Below, one piece after another: positions 17,926-28,874 of a stretch of DNA of 64,000 nucleotides; the stretch's first letter is position 1; each line of letters begins with the position of its first letter. Origin of the DNA: Bacteroidota bacterium (GTDB lineage: Bacteria; Bacteroidota; Bacteroidia; Bacteroidales; WCHB1-69). The stretch is from the NCBI GenBank assembly GCA_023413895.1, contig JAEZOU010000005.1, forward strand, positions 20,275 to 84,274. The letters run 5' to 3'. The notes under the pieces were generated by a model, which saw only the letters and a program-made list of their open reading frames with translations, was not told where the DNA came from and did no database searches. Both the position numbers and the translations under genes were made by a program.

Positions 17926-20688
17926 ATGGATTATAATTTTAACGAAGTTGAAAAGAAGTGGCAGCAGCGGTGGAATGATGCCCAAGTTTATAAAACAGAA
18001 ATAGATAACACAAAACCAAAGTTCTATATTTTGGATATGTTCCCATATCCTTCTGGAGCAGGTTTGCATGTAGGCCACCCGCTCGGTTATATCGCTTCTG
18101 ATATTTATGCGCGATATAAACGTCAAAAAGGTTTCAATGTTTTGCATCCTATGGGATATGATGCGTTTGGACTTCCAGCAGAACAATATGCAATACAAAC
18201 AGGACAGCATCCTGCTGTAACTACTGAAAATAATGTTCAACGATATAGAGAACAGTTGGATAAAATTGGTTTCTCATACGATTGGAATCGCTCCTTTAAA
18301 ACTTGTGATCCAGATTATTATAAATGGACCCAGTGGGTATTTATTCAACTCTTTAATCATTATTATGATGAATCTGTCCAGAAAGCTATGCCTATAGCTA
18401 ACCTAATTGAGATTTTTGCAACTCATGGTTCGGAAGGTGTAAAAGCTGCTCATACACAGGAGGTGCCATTTTCAGCTGAAGAGTGGAATTCCATGTCAGA
18501 AAAGGAACAACAAGAAACGTTGTTAAACTATAGGTTAACCTATTTGGCTGATTCTTGGGTGAATTGGTGCCCAAAATTGGGGACAGTTTTGGCAAATGAT
18601 GAAGTTGTAAATGGCTTGTCTGTTCGAGGTGGTTTCCCCGTAGAACGCAAACTTATGAAACAATGGATGCTTCGAGTATCTGCGTATGCTGAGCGTTTGT
18701 TGCAAGGTTTGAACACGTTGGAATGGAGCGACTCACTAAAGGAAATTCAGCGAAATTGGATTGGTAGAAGTGAGGGTGCATTTATTCGTTTCCAATTGAA
18801 AAACCATACAGAAACATTAGATGTCTTTACTACCCGTCCAGATACGATTTTTGGAGTTACCTTTATGGTCCTTTGTCCTGAACATCCGTTGATAAAACAG
18901 ATTACAACGCCAGAACAATCTCAATTAGTCGATGAGTATGTATATAAGGCTATTAATAAGACAGAAACAGAACGCCAAGTAGATGTAAGGCAGGTAACAG
19001 GTGCTTTTACGGGTGCGTATGCAATAAATCCATTTACTGGAATGGAAGTTCCTGTATATGTAGCTGAGTATGTACTTGCGGGTTATGGTACTGGGGCCAT
19101 TATGGCAGTACCAGCTCACGATAGCCGTGATTATGCTTTTGCTAAACATTTTGGATTGTCTATCATTGAGGTTATTGCAGGTGGAGATATCTCTCAAGAG
19201 GCATTTGAAGCTAAAGATGGAACTTGCGTGAACTCAGGCTTTATTTCAGGAATGAATGGTAAGGAAGCAGCTAAGTTGATTATTGAAAAAATAAAAGAGA
19301 ATAATATCGGTTACGGAACCGTAAATTATAGATTAAGAGATGCCACGTTTAGTCGTCAGAGATATTGGGGAGAACCTTTCCCCGTTTATTTTAAGGATGG
19401 AGTTCCATATGTGCTTTCTGAAGATGAGTTGCCATTAGAACTACCTCCTGTCGGTAGTTTCTTGCCTACAGAAACGGGTGAGCCTCCGCTTGGAAGAGCT
19501 GAAAATTGGACTAATAAAGAGGGATTTCCATTAGAATGCAGTACAATGCCCGGTTTTGCGGGTTCTAGTGGTTACTATTTGCGATATATGGATCCTAAAA
19601 ATTGTAACGAATTTGTATCACAAGAGGCAAATCAATATTGGCAAGATGTTGATTTATATGTTGGTGGAGCAGAACATGCTACAGGGCATTTAATTTATTC
19701 CCGTTTTTGGAATAAATTCCTTTTTGATATTGGTCTTGTTTGTAAAGATGAACCATTTAAAAAATTGATTAACCAAGGAATGATTCAGGGCCGTTCTAAC
19801 TTTGTATATAGAGTTCAAGGAACGAATACGTTTGTTTCTTTCGGTTTGAAAGAGAATTACTCTGTAACACCTATCCACGTTGACGTAAACATAGTGAGCA
19901 ATGATCATTTGGATATTGAAGCATTTCGTCGTTGGCAACCTGAGTTTGCAGATGCAGAATTTATTTTAGAAGATGGAAAGTATATTTGTGGTTGGGAAGT
20001 TGAGAAGATGTCTAAATCAAAATATAATGTCCAAAATCCAGATGATTTAGTTGAAAAATATGGTGCGGATACGCTTCGTATGTATGAGATGTTCTTAGGT
20101 CCTATCGAATTAGCGAAGCCGTGGGATATAAATGGTATTGAAGGAGTTTTTCGTTTTGTTCGTAAATTTTGGCGTTTATTCCATAATCTAAATGGTGAGT
20201 GGATTGTTTCAGATGAAAAGGGAACTCCTCAAGAATTGAAAGTTTTGCACAAAACGATTCAAAAGGTAGAGATGGATAATGAACGTTTCTCTTTTAATAC
20301 AGCAGTAAGTGCTTTTATGATTTGTGTTAATGAACTTTCTGAGTTGAAATGTAGTAAGAGGGAGATTTTGGAACCATTAACCATATTACTTTCAGCGTAT
20401 GCACCCCATGTATGTGAAGAGTTGTGGAGTTTATTAGGTCACGAATCAACAATTGTTTTTGAACAATTTCCACAATTTAATCCTAAATTCTTAGAAGAGT
20501 CTGATTTTAATTATCCTATTTCATTTAATGGGAAAACGAGATTTTTTAAATCATATCCTATCGCAATGTCTCCGAAAGATATTGAATTAGAAGTTTTGCG
20601 TCTTCCAGAAGCACAACGTTGGATTGAGGGTAAGCCGATAAAAAAGGTGATAGTTGTTCCTAAGAAGATCGTTAATATTGTGATTTAA
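17926..20688 (+). CDS. leuS: Leucyl-tRNA synthetase
   Basis: [16 protein letters not shown] start, HVGHPLGY (HIGH) and [10 protein letters not shown] (KMSKS). The start is trimmed from the track value 17872, which would run through the terminator and promoter. Confidence 0.95.
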   Translation: MDYNFNEVEKKWQQRWNDAQVYKTEIDNTKPKFYILDMFPYPSGAGLHVGHPLGYIASDIYARYKRQKGFNVLHPMGYDAFGLPAEQYAIQTGQHPAVTTENNVQRYREQLDKIGFSYDWNRSFKTCDPDYYKWTQWVFIQLFNHYYDESVQKAMPIANLIEIFATHGSEGVKAAHTQEVPFSAEEWNSMSEKEQQETLLNYRLTYLADSWVNWCPKLGTVLANDEVVNGLSVRGGFPVERKLMKQWMLRVSAYAERLLQGLNTLEWSDSLKEIQRNWIGRSEGAFIRFQLKNHTETLDVFTTRPDTIFGVTFMVLCPEHPLIKQITTPEQSQLVDEYVYKAINKTETERQVDVRQVTGAFTGAYAINPFTGMEVPVYVAEYVLAGYGTGAIMAVPAHDSRDYAFAKHFGLSIIEVIAGGDISQEAFEAKDGTCVNSGFISGMNGKEAAKLIIEKIKENNIGYGTVNYRLRDATFSRQRYWGEPFPVYFKDGVPYVLSEDELPLELPPVGSFLPTETGEPPLGRAENWTNKEGFPLECSTMPGFAGSSGYYLRYMDPKNCNEFVSQEANQYWQDVDLYVGGAEHATGHLIYSRFWNKFLFDIGLVCKDEPFKKLINQGMIQGRSNFVYRVQGTNTFVSFGLKENYSVTPIHVDVNIVSNDHLDIEAFRRWQPEFADAEFILEDGKYICGWEVEKMSKSKYNVQNPDDLVEKYGADTLRMYEMFLGPIELAKPWDINGIEGVFRFVRKFWRLFHNLNGEWIVSDEKGTPQELKVLHKTIQKVEMDNERFSFNTAVSAFMICVNELSELKCSKREILEPLTILLSAYAPHVCEELWSLLGHESTIVFEQFPQFNPKFLEESDFNYPISFNGKTRFFKSYPIAMSPKDIELEVLRLPEAQRWIEGKPIKKVIVVPKKIVNIVI

Positions 20689-20698
20689 TTTTGTTGAA

Positions 20699-22171
20699 GT
20701 GAAGAAAAGAGACTTTATCTTTAACATCAGTCTGCTGATTTTTCTCAATCTTCTCATAAAACCATTTTGGATTTTAGGTGTAGATGTTGAAGTTCAAAAT
20801 CAGGTCGGAGCAGAAAGTTATGGTCTTTATTTTGCACTCTTTAACTTTACAATTTTGTTCAATATGCTGTTGGATATGGGAATTACCAATTACAACACTA
20901 GAAATATTGCGCAGAATACACAACTATTATCGAAACATCTGTCACACATTCTAACCTTAAAGTTTTCTTTGGGTATTCTCTACTTCGTTGTAACTCTGAT
21001 AGCTGCGTTAATCGTTGGCTATCATGGGTATCAATTGAAATTGTTATTATGGATGGCCTTGAATCAATTTTTAAATGCGCTTATTCTCTATCTTCGCTCT
21101 AATGTTTCTGCACTTTTGAAGTTCAAAATGGATAGTTTCTTGTCTGTTATGGACAAGGTGATAATGGTAATTTTGTGTAGTATATTGTTGTGGGGCAATT
21201 CCTCGGAAAGTGCATTTAAAATAGAATGGTTTATTGCCTCACAGACAATAGCGTATTTGATTACAGCTCTTTTTGCATTATTTATTGTATTACGGAATTC
21301 GGGATCTTTTCGTTTATATTGGAATTTTTCTTTCTTCAAAGTTCTCTTAAAGCGAAGTTTCCCTTTTGCTGTCTTATATTTATTGATGGCGTGTTACAAT
21401 CGTTTTGACTCTGTAATGTTAGAACGTTTGCTTCCAGAGGGAGTGGGGGCATATCAGTCTGGAATTTATGCATCTGCATTTCGTTTGTTAGATGCTGTAG
21501 TGATGATTGCCTACCTCTTTTCAGTCATTTTGCTTCCTCTCTTTTCAAAAATGTTAAAGAATAGGGAAAATATAGTACCTATTGTTGAAAGTGCTTTTCA
21601 ACTACTTTTTTATTATTCGACAACAGTTGTTGTATTACTGATATTCAATGCAGAAGCGATATTTTCATTTTTATATGATTATCATGTAGTAGAGAGTGTT
21701 CGTGTATTTCCTATCCTTATCACATGTTTGATTCCTATTTCGATGATTTATGTTTTTGGTACTTTGCTAACTGCACACGGAAATTTACGATTATTGAATA
21801 TTACATCATTGTTGGGAATACTTGTGAATGTTGGGATAAATTTTTTCTTGATTCCGCATTTGCATGCGCGAGGAGCTGCAATAGCTAGTTTAAGTACACA
21901 GTCGGTAGTTGCAATTTCACAAATCTATTTGGCGTTTAAAGCCTTGCATATTCCTGTGCGGAAGAAGATTTGTTTGAGTTCTATTTTCTATACTACGCTA
22001 TTAATCCCCATTGCTTATGGAGTTTCTTGGTATTGGGATGAAAAAGTTTGGGTTGCTCTACTTATCAGTGGGGTGTTGTCCTTTATTTTGGCATTTTTCA
22101 CCCAATTGTTACCATTCTCGTTTATTCGGGAATTGGTAGTTGATAAGTTAAAGCAACCCAAAAGCAAATAA
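20699..22171 (+). CDS. Polysaccharide/oligosaccharide flippase (MOP/Wzx-like family)
   Basis: 490 aa with about 12-14 hydrophobic helices throughout. The GTG start at 20699 is needed to retain the first helices (FNISLLIFLNLLIKPFWILG), because the first in-frame ATG is about 55 codons in. Confidence 0.7.
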   Translation: MKKRDFIFNISLLIFLNLLIKPFWILGVDVEVQNQVGAESYGLYFALFNFTILFNMLLDMGITNYNTRNIAQNTQLLSKHLSHILTLKFSLGILYFVVTLIAALIVGYHGYQLKLLLWMALNQFLNALILYLRSNVSALLKFKMDSFLSVMDKVIMVILCSILLWGNSSESAFKIEWFIASQTIAYLITALFALFIVLRNSGSFRLYWNFSFFKVLLKRSFPFAVLYLLMACYNRFDSVMLERLLPEGVGAYQSGIYASAFRLLDAVVMIAYLFSVILLPLFSKMLKNRENIVPIVESAFQLLFYYSTTVVVLLIFNAEAIFSFLYDYHVVESVRVFPILITCLIPISMIYVFGTLLTAHGNLRLLNITSLLGILVNVGINFFLIPHLHARGAAIASLSTQSVVAISQIYLAFKALHIPVRKKICLSSIFYTTLLIPIAYGVSWYWDEKVWVALLISGVLSFILAFFTQLLPFSFIRELVVDKLKQPKSK

Positions 22172-22182
22172 TTGCTAATAAA

Positions 22183-22344
22183 TTAGTTTTTAGAGAAACT
22201 TTCTTTACCTACACCACAGAGTGGACAAACCCAATCTTCTGGAAGGTCGTTAAAAGAAGTTCCTGGAGCGATACCATTATCAGGATCACCTTTTGCGGGA
22301 TCATATTCATATCCGCATAAATCACATACGTAAGTTTCGTTCAT
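22183..22344 (-). CDS. Rubredoxin
   Basis: [50 protein letters not shown] contains two CxxC pairs and the canonical rubredoxin fold motifs. The start is trimmed to ATG 22344. Confidence 0.9.
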   Translation of the reverse strand: MNETYVCDLCGYEYDPAKGDPDNGIAPGTSFNDLPEDWVCPLCGVGKESFSKN

Positions 22345-22385
22345 TTTTGTACTATTAAAATTGTTATTATTATATTTTTGAATTT

Positions 22386-24836
22386 TTAGTTGCAATAATC
22401 GCAAGTAATTTTGCGTACTTCCTCATTATCTAACACGCAAATTGATAATTTGTTTATGATAGAGCATAGATATGGACGATTTTTTTCTTTTGCTAATTTG
22501 ACAGCTTTAGTGAATAGAGAACTCATATAAGTTTCCTCTTTATGACCAGCTAAACTGATGTATGAGAACAGAAAATCTTCAGAAATATGTGAGTCATCTA
22601 AGAAAGGGGTCATAATGTTTAAAGCATAGTCGTAGTCGTGGTTTTGCACAAAAATAGAAGCTAATTTATATGCTGATTCCCAACTTGGCATAACTGGATT
22701 TCTAATTGCTTTAATTTTTTGATAGGTTGCTGCTTTTAATGCTGTATTTTCATTGGTTTTAGGAGCTGTTTTTAGGAAGTCAAGAATTTTGATTTGGAAG
22801 TCGATATTTAAATTGTTTACATCTTCCTTATTTACATTAACAAATGTATATAATTTGTCAATTTGAGCCTGAAGTTCAGCAGCTTTTGCCGCAGAAATGA
22901 GAGGGGTAGAATATACGTCACAAACAACCTTATTATAGATAAGAATTTGGTTTTCAGGTTGGAATGATAATAACTTAATCATAGCTTTTGCTGTCTCTTC
23001 TTGAAGTGATTTTTCAAAATAGTATTGCATATAGAGTTTGTTATTCAAGAAAGGCACGTAAACTTTCTGATTGGGGATTTCCATTTTATTAACTGTTGCA
23101 GATTTGTATCGTTGGGCTTCAACTTCGCCCATTACATATTTTTGAATTGCAAAGGCAAGTGCTTTATTTCCCTCTTTTAGTGTTTTGTTAAATTTGTAAA
23201 TTACGAAATTTTGTTCATCAGTTTTGCTACTTACATCGTAGGTAACGTGGAAGATTATTTTAGCATATCTTTCTTTTGAAAGGTACTCTGCTTCAAGTTC
23301 TTTAGCTATTCTTCCATTATCTGCACGAAGGGCAGCGATTGCGTCATCTTTGTTGAAAGAGAGATCGTAGTATTCACTATGATTCGTGATATCTTTTGCA
23401 AAATCGTCCCAACTATCACCGTAAGAAATTGTAATTGTTGCGTTTGGATAAACGGTAGCCAAAGCTTTTTGAATGCTGGTTGCGCGGAGTTTTTGGTTTT
23501 TGATTTGGACAGGATCTTTTATGTAGTTGATAGAGTTAATAGCAACAATTTCGATGCTGTTAACGTGATATGCAGGAACATCCAAGTTTTTGATGATTGT
23601 ATCGAAATCGCTATAAACATAGTTTAACTTTTTCATATTTGTAAAAGGAACTCTAATTTCAAGGTCGGCAGTCTCTGCTGTAGGCATCCATTCGCCAGCG
23701 GTTTTAATCGATTTTTCATCTTTCATGAAATTGATTTTCTCATAAAAATTAGCGTTATGAGCTTCGATATATTTTTTCATAATAGTCCGGCAAGCAACCC
23801 CTTCTTTCAAAACAATCACGTTGATTTCGTATTCGGCATCTAATTCAATCATTTCAGGGACATCGGCAATTTTAGCTCTCAAGCGTAATGATTTTTCTGT
23901 AACCTCATTGTTTGCGTAAATATCTTCGTATGTGATCGATTTTGTTACAAAACCCCTGAAAATTTTGTCGTTATCAATAATTAGATTGTCGCAATCGTAT
24001 TGGTTTAGTTGTACAAAGTCTAGAACAATTGCATCGCCTTCTCTACCAATTAATCGTTTTAGTTCTTTATAATCTTCGCATTCTAAGTAAACTTCGCCAT
24101 CTTTATTTACAGAAATATATTCAGAAAGTGCTTCTAATGGAAAATTCTCAGTACATTTTCTGCAAAGTGTTGCATCAAAATAGTCCATTCCACCTTTTCC
24201 CTTACTCATGGGTGCCATTTTGTCGAGAGGAGAGTAGGTGTATATGGTAAATGTTCTGTCATTTCCTAAGACAATAGAGGCATACATTGATTTCATAAAT
24301 TCGTCGGTTTCAAATCCAATGCCGACGTATGTGTATTGAGGATCTAACAAGATAACGGCTTGTTTCTGATTTTTTAAAATAGGGCGAATCAGTTCCATGC
24401 ATGCATCGTAGTATGAGAAATCCTGAATTCCAATGTATGCTTTACCCTTAGTTACCAATTCTACGCCACGATGTGACAGCCCATATTTTTTTAGACGGAA
24501 ATTAAGCGTTTTGTAAGGAGCCAAGTTGATATCTGTCTTTTCATTTTTAAGTGCTTGGTAATCAGCCTGCATCTGAGCGGTTGAGTCAAAAGCTATATCG
24601 TGTTTTAGTGGTTCTAGGTATGCATATTGTTTACGAGCAGCATCGATAACATCAGTAAGGCAATTGTAGAAAATTTTGGTGCTAAAATTTCCCGCATTAA
24701 AGTTTTTGGAGTATTCCTTGTGGTTTTTCAAATCCAAAGGTTCAAATCCAGCGTATGGGTTTTCTACTTGGGAAAACGATAAGTTGCTGAATGATAATAA
24801 GATAATAAAAATAAAAATGGATAGATTTTTTATCAT
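22386..24836 (-). CDS. Large secreted protein of unknown function
   Basis: About 816 aa counted from ATG 24836 ([23 protein letters not shown] signal peptide). I see no catalytic motif. The C-terminal third is helical-repeat-like, and the tail is Cys-containing ([27 protein letters not shown]). Confidence 0.55.
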   Translation of the reverse strand: MIKNLSIFIFIILLSFSNLSFSQVENPYAGFEPLDLKNHKEYSKNFNAGNFSTKIFYNCLTDVIDAARKQYAYLEPLKHDIAFDSTAQMQADYQALKNEKTDINLAPYKTLNFRLKKYGLSHRGVELVTKGKAYIGIQDFSYYDACMELIRPILKNQKQAVILLDPQYTYVGIGFETDEFMKSMYASIVLGNDRTFTIYTYSPLDKMAPMSKGKGGMDYFDATLCRKCTENFPLEALSEYISVNKDGEVYLECEDYKELKRLIGREGDAIVLDFVQLNQYDCDNLIIDNDKIFRGFVTKSITYEDIYANNEVTEKSLRLRAKIADVPEMIELDAEYEINVIVLKEGVACRTIMKKYIEAHNANFYEKINFMKDEKSIKTAGEWMPTAETADLEIRVPFTNMKKLNYVYSDFDTIIKNLDVPAYHVNSIEIVAINSINYIKDPVQIKNQKLRATSIQKALATVYPNATITISYGDSWDDFAKDITNHSEYYDLSFNKDDAIAALRADNGRIAKELEAEYLSKERYAKIIFHVTYDVSSKTDEQNFVIYKFNKTLKEGNKALAFAIQKYVMGEVEAQRYKSATVNKMEIPNQKVYVPFLNNKLYMQYYFEKSLQEETAKAMIKLLSFQPENQILIYNKVVCDVYSTPLISAAKAAELQAQIDKLYTFVNVNKEDVNNLNIDFQIKILDFLKTAPKTNENTALKAATYQKIKAIRNPVMPSWESAYKLASIFVQNHDYDYALNIMTPFLDDSHISEDFLFSYISLAGHKEETYMSSLFTKAVKLAKEKNRPYLCSIINKLSICVLDNEEVRKITCDYCN

Positions 24837-24934
24837 AATAAAAAGTTTTAGTAAAACGAAATCAATCAGCAATAATAGCAAAAAAATCTTTACCTTTATC
24901 CATTGGGTGATGTTTTTTATGTGAAAAAATACAC

Positions 24935-24942
24935 TATTTTTG
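24935..24942 (+). promoter_or_regulatory. -7 promoter box TATTTTTG upstream of trpS
   Basis: Exact TAnnTTTG match about 80 nt upstream of ATG 25022. Confidence 0.4.
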
Positions 24943-25021
24943 CAACGCTTTTTGTGAGGGGGAGCTTTTGAGGATTAAGAAGAATTTTTTACAAAAGGTA
25001 TTACATAATAAATTATTGAGC

Positions 25022-26017
25022 ATGGATACAGTTTTAAGTGGAATTAGACCTACGGGATTTCTGCATTTGGGAAATTATTTTGGTGCGCTTCGCAATTTTA
25101 TTAAGATGCAGGAGGAGAATGATTGTTATTTTTTTGTTGCGGATTACCATTCGCTAACGACTCACCCTGAGGCGAAAGAGTTGAATTATCATATTAAGAA
25201 TGTAATTATTGATTACATAGCTTCAGGTTTAGACCCAGAGAAAGCAACTTTGTATGTTCAGAGTGATGTTCCCGAGGTTTGCGAGCTGAGTTTGTTGATG
25301 TCGATGAATGTTTATGTTGGTGAATTACAACGTGTCAGTTCTTTTAAAGAAAAAGTTCGTCGCCAGCCGAATAATGTGAATGCGGGATTGTTGACTTATC
25401 CCATTTTGATGGCATCTGATATTTTGTTGCATCGAGCAGACAAAGTTCCTGTGGGTAAAGATCAGGAGCAACATTTGGAGATGACACGTGACTTTGCGCA
25501 GCGCTTTAATCATATATATGGTGTGGAATATTTCAAATTGCCGGTAGCCTATAATTTTGGAGAAGAGTTGGTGAAAATTCCAGGTTTAGATGGATCAACC
25601 AAAATGTCGAAATCGGATACGGGAATGTCGTGTATTTATCTTTCAGATTCTCCAGAGTTGATTAAAAAGAAAGTTATGAAGGCAGTTTCAGACTCTGGTC
25701 CTACGGAACCGAATCAACCGAAATCGCAGTCGGTTGAGAATTTGTTTCAATTGATGCGAGCTGTTTCGGCACCCGAAACGTTAGCATTTTTTGAAGAGCA
25801 GTATAATAATTGTCAAATTCGTTATGGAGATATGAAAAAGCAGTTGGCTGTAGATATAACCAATTGTGTAGCTCCGATTTATGAACGGATTATGGAGTTG
25901 CGAAGCGATGATGATTATATACGGAAAGTGGTGAAAAGAGGTGCTGAAAAAGCTCGTGAAAGTGCGCAGAAAACGATTCGAGATGTGCGAGAAATTATTG
26001 GAATTAGAGCTATTTAA
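25022..26017 (+). CDS. trpS: Tryptophanyl-tRNA synthetase
   Basis: MDTVLSGIRPTGFLHLGNYFGA, VPVGKDQEQHLEMTRD and KMSKSD. The track start 24968 is a TTG extension. Confidence 0.95.
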   Translation: MDTVLSGIRPTGFLHLGNYFGALRNFIKMQEENDCYFFVADYHSLTTHPEAKELNYHIKNVIIDYIASGLDPEKATLYVQSDVPEVCELSLLMSMNVYVGELQRVSSFKEKVRRQPNNVNAGLLTYPILMASDILLHRADKVPVGKDQEQHLEMTRDFAQRFNHIYGVEYFKLPVAYNFGEELVKIPGLDGSTKMSKSDTGMSCIYLSDSPELIKKKVMKAVSDSGPTEPNQPKSQSVENLFQLMRAVSAPETLAFFEEQYNNCQIRYGDMKKQLAVDITNCVAPIYERIMELRSDDDYIRKVVKRGAEKARESAQKTIRDVREIIGIRAI

Positions 26018-26021
26018 TATA

Positions 26022-26053
26022 AGAGAGAGCGATGCAAATCGCTCTCTCTTTTT
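26022..26053 (+). terminator. Rho-independent terminator after trpS
   Basis: 12-bp stem AGAGAGAGCGAT / ATCGCTCTCTCT with a GCAA loop, followed by a T run. Confidence 0.85.
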
Positions 26054-26118
26054 ATCCGAATTATGGATTGTTTATTGCTGAAGGTTTCAGGGAATTACTT
26101 AACGTATTGCGAATTAAT

Positions 26119-26362
26119 GCGTTAGGGATTGGAGCGGTTATGAGCCGCGTAATAAGAGTTTAGTATCAAGTAATTAGAGTTTAGAACTGAGATTTTGAGA
26201 TTGATTATTGCGCGAGAATGAGCGGCGAAATTTGAGCGGAAAGCCCGACGGCGCGTGCGAGGGCATAATTAGAATCGGAATTTCAATACTGCATAAAAAC
26301 AGTGGTCGTGATTATGCGTAGAAAATAGTTGCGGGGGATGAAGCGCCGGAACGCCCAAATAA
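26119..26362. repeat. GC-rich dispersed intergenic repeat, copy A
   Basis: It shares ordered blocks with 62063..62243 in the same orientation. These are AGCGGTTATGAGC (13/13) and GCGAAATTTGAGCGGA-n-AGCCCGACGGCG (28/29 across 26225..26253 versus 62171..62199). There is also a CGCCCAAAT terminal block and an AT-rich TTTAGAACT spacer. Confidence 0.75.
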
Positions 26363-26372
26363 TCATTATAGA

Positions 26373-27410
26373 TTACTCATTTACAGTCATTTCTCCACGT
26401 AGAGACACAGACATTAGGTTGCGAACTTCTTCGTGGCTGTAGTTGGAACCCAGCAGATACATCATTTTACATACGGCAGCTTCGGTAGTGATGTCGTAGC
26501 CGCTAATTACGCCAATATCTTTCAAGTGTACACTAGTTTCGTAGCGTCCAAGTTCGACGGTGCCGCCTCCTTTACATTGTGTAATACTTACGATATGGAT
26601 ACCTTTTTGGCAAGCTGATTCTAGAATTTCGAGGAATTCCGGGTCTGATGGTGCATTACCAGAACCATAAGTTTCCATTATGGCAGCTTTTATATTGGAC
26701 TTTAGCAGGATAGTGCGTAAGAGTTCCTTGTTGATGCCAGGATAAAGTTTGATGACTGCGATGTTTTTATCCATCTTTTTATACAAAATCAGCTCTTTCT
26801 TTTCTGTTTCGTGGTGGATGTATTTGTCGTTATATTTAATATTTACGCCTACTTCAGCCAATTTGGGATAGTTGGCAGACATAAAGGCGTTGAAGTCTTC
26901 AGCATTGTCTTTATAGGTTCGATTTCCGCGGTATAGGGCGTTTTCGAAGTAGATACAGACCTCCTGCACACGAGGTTTCCCGTTGATAGAGTCTGCGGCG
27001 ATTTCGATTGAGTTTAAGATATTTTCGCGTCCATCAGTGCGCATTACACCGAGTGGTAATTGTGAACCTGTCAGAATTACGGGTTTGTCCAGATTTTCTA
27101 ATAGGAAAGATAGTGCAGAAGCGGTATATGACATTGTATCGGTGCCGTGTAATACAACAAAACCATTGTAATCTTGGTAATTTTTATGGATCAGTGTTGC
27201 TAATCGAATCCAGAAATTAGGGTTGATATTTGAGGAATCGATAAGTGGCTTCATTGTTTTGAATGTGATTTCGGCATCAAGAAGATTGAGCATGGGAAGT
27301 TCTTTGTAGATGCTTTTGAATGCGCAAGGAGTCCATGCGTTGTCTTTTTTATTAAGCACCATTCCGATTGTTCCACCGGTATAAATTACAAGGATTTTTT
27401 TTCTAGACAT
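26373..27410 (-). CDS. ansA: L-asparaginase, type I (cytoplasmic)
   Basis: KILVIYTGGTIGM, VVLHGTDTMSYTA and ETYGSGN motifs. The start is trimmed to ATG 27410 (the track start is TTG). Confidence 0.88.
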   Translation of the reverse strand: MSRKKILVIYTGGTIGMVLNKKDNAWTPCAFKSIYKELPMLNLLDAEITFKTMKPLIDSSNINPNFWIRLATLIHKNYQDYNGFVVLHGTDTMSYTASALSFLLENLDKPVILTGSQLPLGVMRTDGRENILNSIEIAADSINGKPRVQEVCIYFENALYRGNRTYKDNAEDFNAFMSANYPKLAEVGVNIKYNDKYIHHETEKKELILYKKMDKNIAVIKLYPGINKELLRTILLKSNIKAAIMETYGSGNAPSDPEFLEILESACQKGIHIVSITQCKGGGTVELGRYETSVHLKDIGVISGYDITTEAAVCKMMYLLGSNYSHEEVRNLMSVSLRGEMTVNE

Positions 27411-27425
27411 AATTGACAAATTTCA

Positions 27426-27932
27426 TTATTTAACCATAATAGTTTTAGGTTCGTCCCATACTTCGAGGTTTGACAACACTTTACCGTTAATGTCGAAGCG
27501 CAAGAAAGTGAGTTGTGTATGGATTCCATATCTTCCTGCAGCGCCAGGATTAATGAATAGGCATCCGAAGTCTGTGTCATTTTTCACTCTCAATATGTGT
27601 GAGTGTCCTGCTACTATAATTGTTGGTTTTTCACGTTTGATAATTTCGAGAGCTTCCGGGGTGTATTTTCCTGGTTTTCCCACGATATGGCGTAGCATTA
27701 CTTTATGTTCTTGACAATTGAAGATGAGGGTTTCGTTTCCATTACCACCACGGAACTCCCAGCCGTCGCAGTTTCCGTAAACGAAACGGACTTTTGAGAT
27801 AGCTTCCAGTTCCGTAAGAACATCTATACTACCAATGTCGCCGGCGTGCCAAATTTCATCGCATTCGCCGAAAAAATCGAACAATTTAGGGTGGGTATAA
27901 CCATGAGTATCGGAGAGGATTCCTATTTTCAT
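27426..27932 (-). CDS. YfcE/MJ0936-family metallophosphoesterase
   Basis: 168 aa. MKIGILSDTHG, HAGDIG, GNCD and AGHSH motifs. Confidence 0.8.
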   Translation of the reverse strand: MKIGILSDTHGYTHPKLFDFFGECDEIWHAGDIGSIDVLTELEAISKVRFVYGNCDGWEFRGGNGNETLIFNCQEHKVMLRHIVGKPGKYTPEALEIIKREKPTIIVAGHSHILRVKNDTDFGCLFINPGAAGRYGIHTQLTFLRFDINGKVLSNLEVWDEPKTIMVK

Positions 27933-27938
27933 AGCGGT

Positions 27939-28676
27939 TTAGTTGTTGTGTCGTTGTTTTACCACTTCGAAAAGGAGAATTCCTGTTGCTACGGAAACAT
28001 TAAGTGATTTGATAGTTCCCACCATTGGAATTTGCACAGAGTCGTTACATTCGCGTTGGTAATCCCAAGCAATACCTTCATATTCGTTTCCCATAATTAG
28101 AGCGAGAGGAGTTTTAAGGTCTTTTTCGAAGTAGAAATGTTTCGCTTTTTCGGTAACAGCCACTACTTCTATTCCACTATTTTGTAAGAAATGAATCACT
28201 TCGATTAGGTTACTATGACGGCAAATTGGGATTTTGTGGAGAGCGCCGCACGAACTTTTTACAGCATCATCGTTCAATTGTGCGCCCCCTTTTAAAGGAA
28301 GTACAATTGCGTCAACGCCAGCGCATTCGGCAGATCGAGAAATCGCACCGATATTTCTAACATCAGTAATCTTATCCAAAATCAAGATAAATGGAGTACG
28401 CCCTTCTTCAAAAATAGTAGGTACAATGTTATAAATGTCGTGGTACTCAATGGATGAAATGAAAGCAATTACGCCTTGGTGGTTGTTGCGTGTAAACTTA
28501 TTTAACTTCTCAATGGGAACATATTGAAAAGGAATTTTATTTTCTCGAACCATAATAAAAAGTTCGCGAAAGAGTTCACCTTTTAATCCTTTTTGAATGA
28601 GAACTTTGTCGATAGTTTTCCCGCTTTCAATCGCTTCCATAATAGGGCGAATTCCGTAGATGGTATTATCTTGCAT
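27939..28676 (-). CDS. rlmB: SpoU/TrmH-family RNA 2'-O-methyltransferase (RlmB-like)
   Basis: 245 aa. N-terminal substrate-binding domain (IYGIRPIMEAIESGK) plus SpoU motifs ILDKITDVRNIGAISRSA, LIMGNEYEGI and SLNVSVATGILLFE. Confidence 0.8.
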   Translation of the reverse strand: MQDNTIYGIRPIMEAIESGKTIDKVLIQKGLKGELFRELFIMVRENKIPFQYVPIEKLNKFTRNNHQGVIAFISSIEYHDIYNIVPTIFEEGRTPFILILDKITDVRNIGAISRSAECAGVDAIVLPLKGGAQLNDDAVKSSCGALHKIPICRHSNLIEVIHFLQNSGIEVVAVTEKAKHFYFEKDLKTPLALIMGNEYEGIAWDYQRECNDSVQIPMVGTIKSLNVSVATGILLFEVVKQRHNN

Positions 28677-28786
28677 TCCAATTACATTTTAAAACTGCAA
28701 AATTACGTTTTTTTTACACGTCTGCTTCCTATTTTTGTGCAGTTTATACAAATTATTTTTGAAATTTGCTGTAAGAGAAAAAAATA

Positions 28787-28794
28787 TATCTTTG
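28787..28794 (+). promoter_or_regulatory. -7 promoter box TATCTTTG upstream of rseP
   Basis: Exact TAnnTTTG match about 80 nt upstream of ATG 28875. Another TATTTTTG lies at 28754..28761. Confidence 0.35.
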
Positions 28795-28874
28795 CCACCT
28801 TGATTTAAAAAAGTTTTATTAGAGTTTAAAGTGCTGGAAAATAACACGATATATTATTATACAGATTGTAGAAT

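Noticed and set aside
26225-26253. GAGCGGAAAGCCCGACGG core resembles the RNase P RNA GAGGAAAGUCCGGGC motif. tmRNA, 6S and SRP RNA were also considered.
   Set aside because: The match is only superficial. The element is present twice and is too short and too divergent. I could not find the other universally conserved RNase P blocks.
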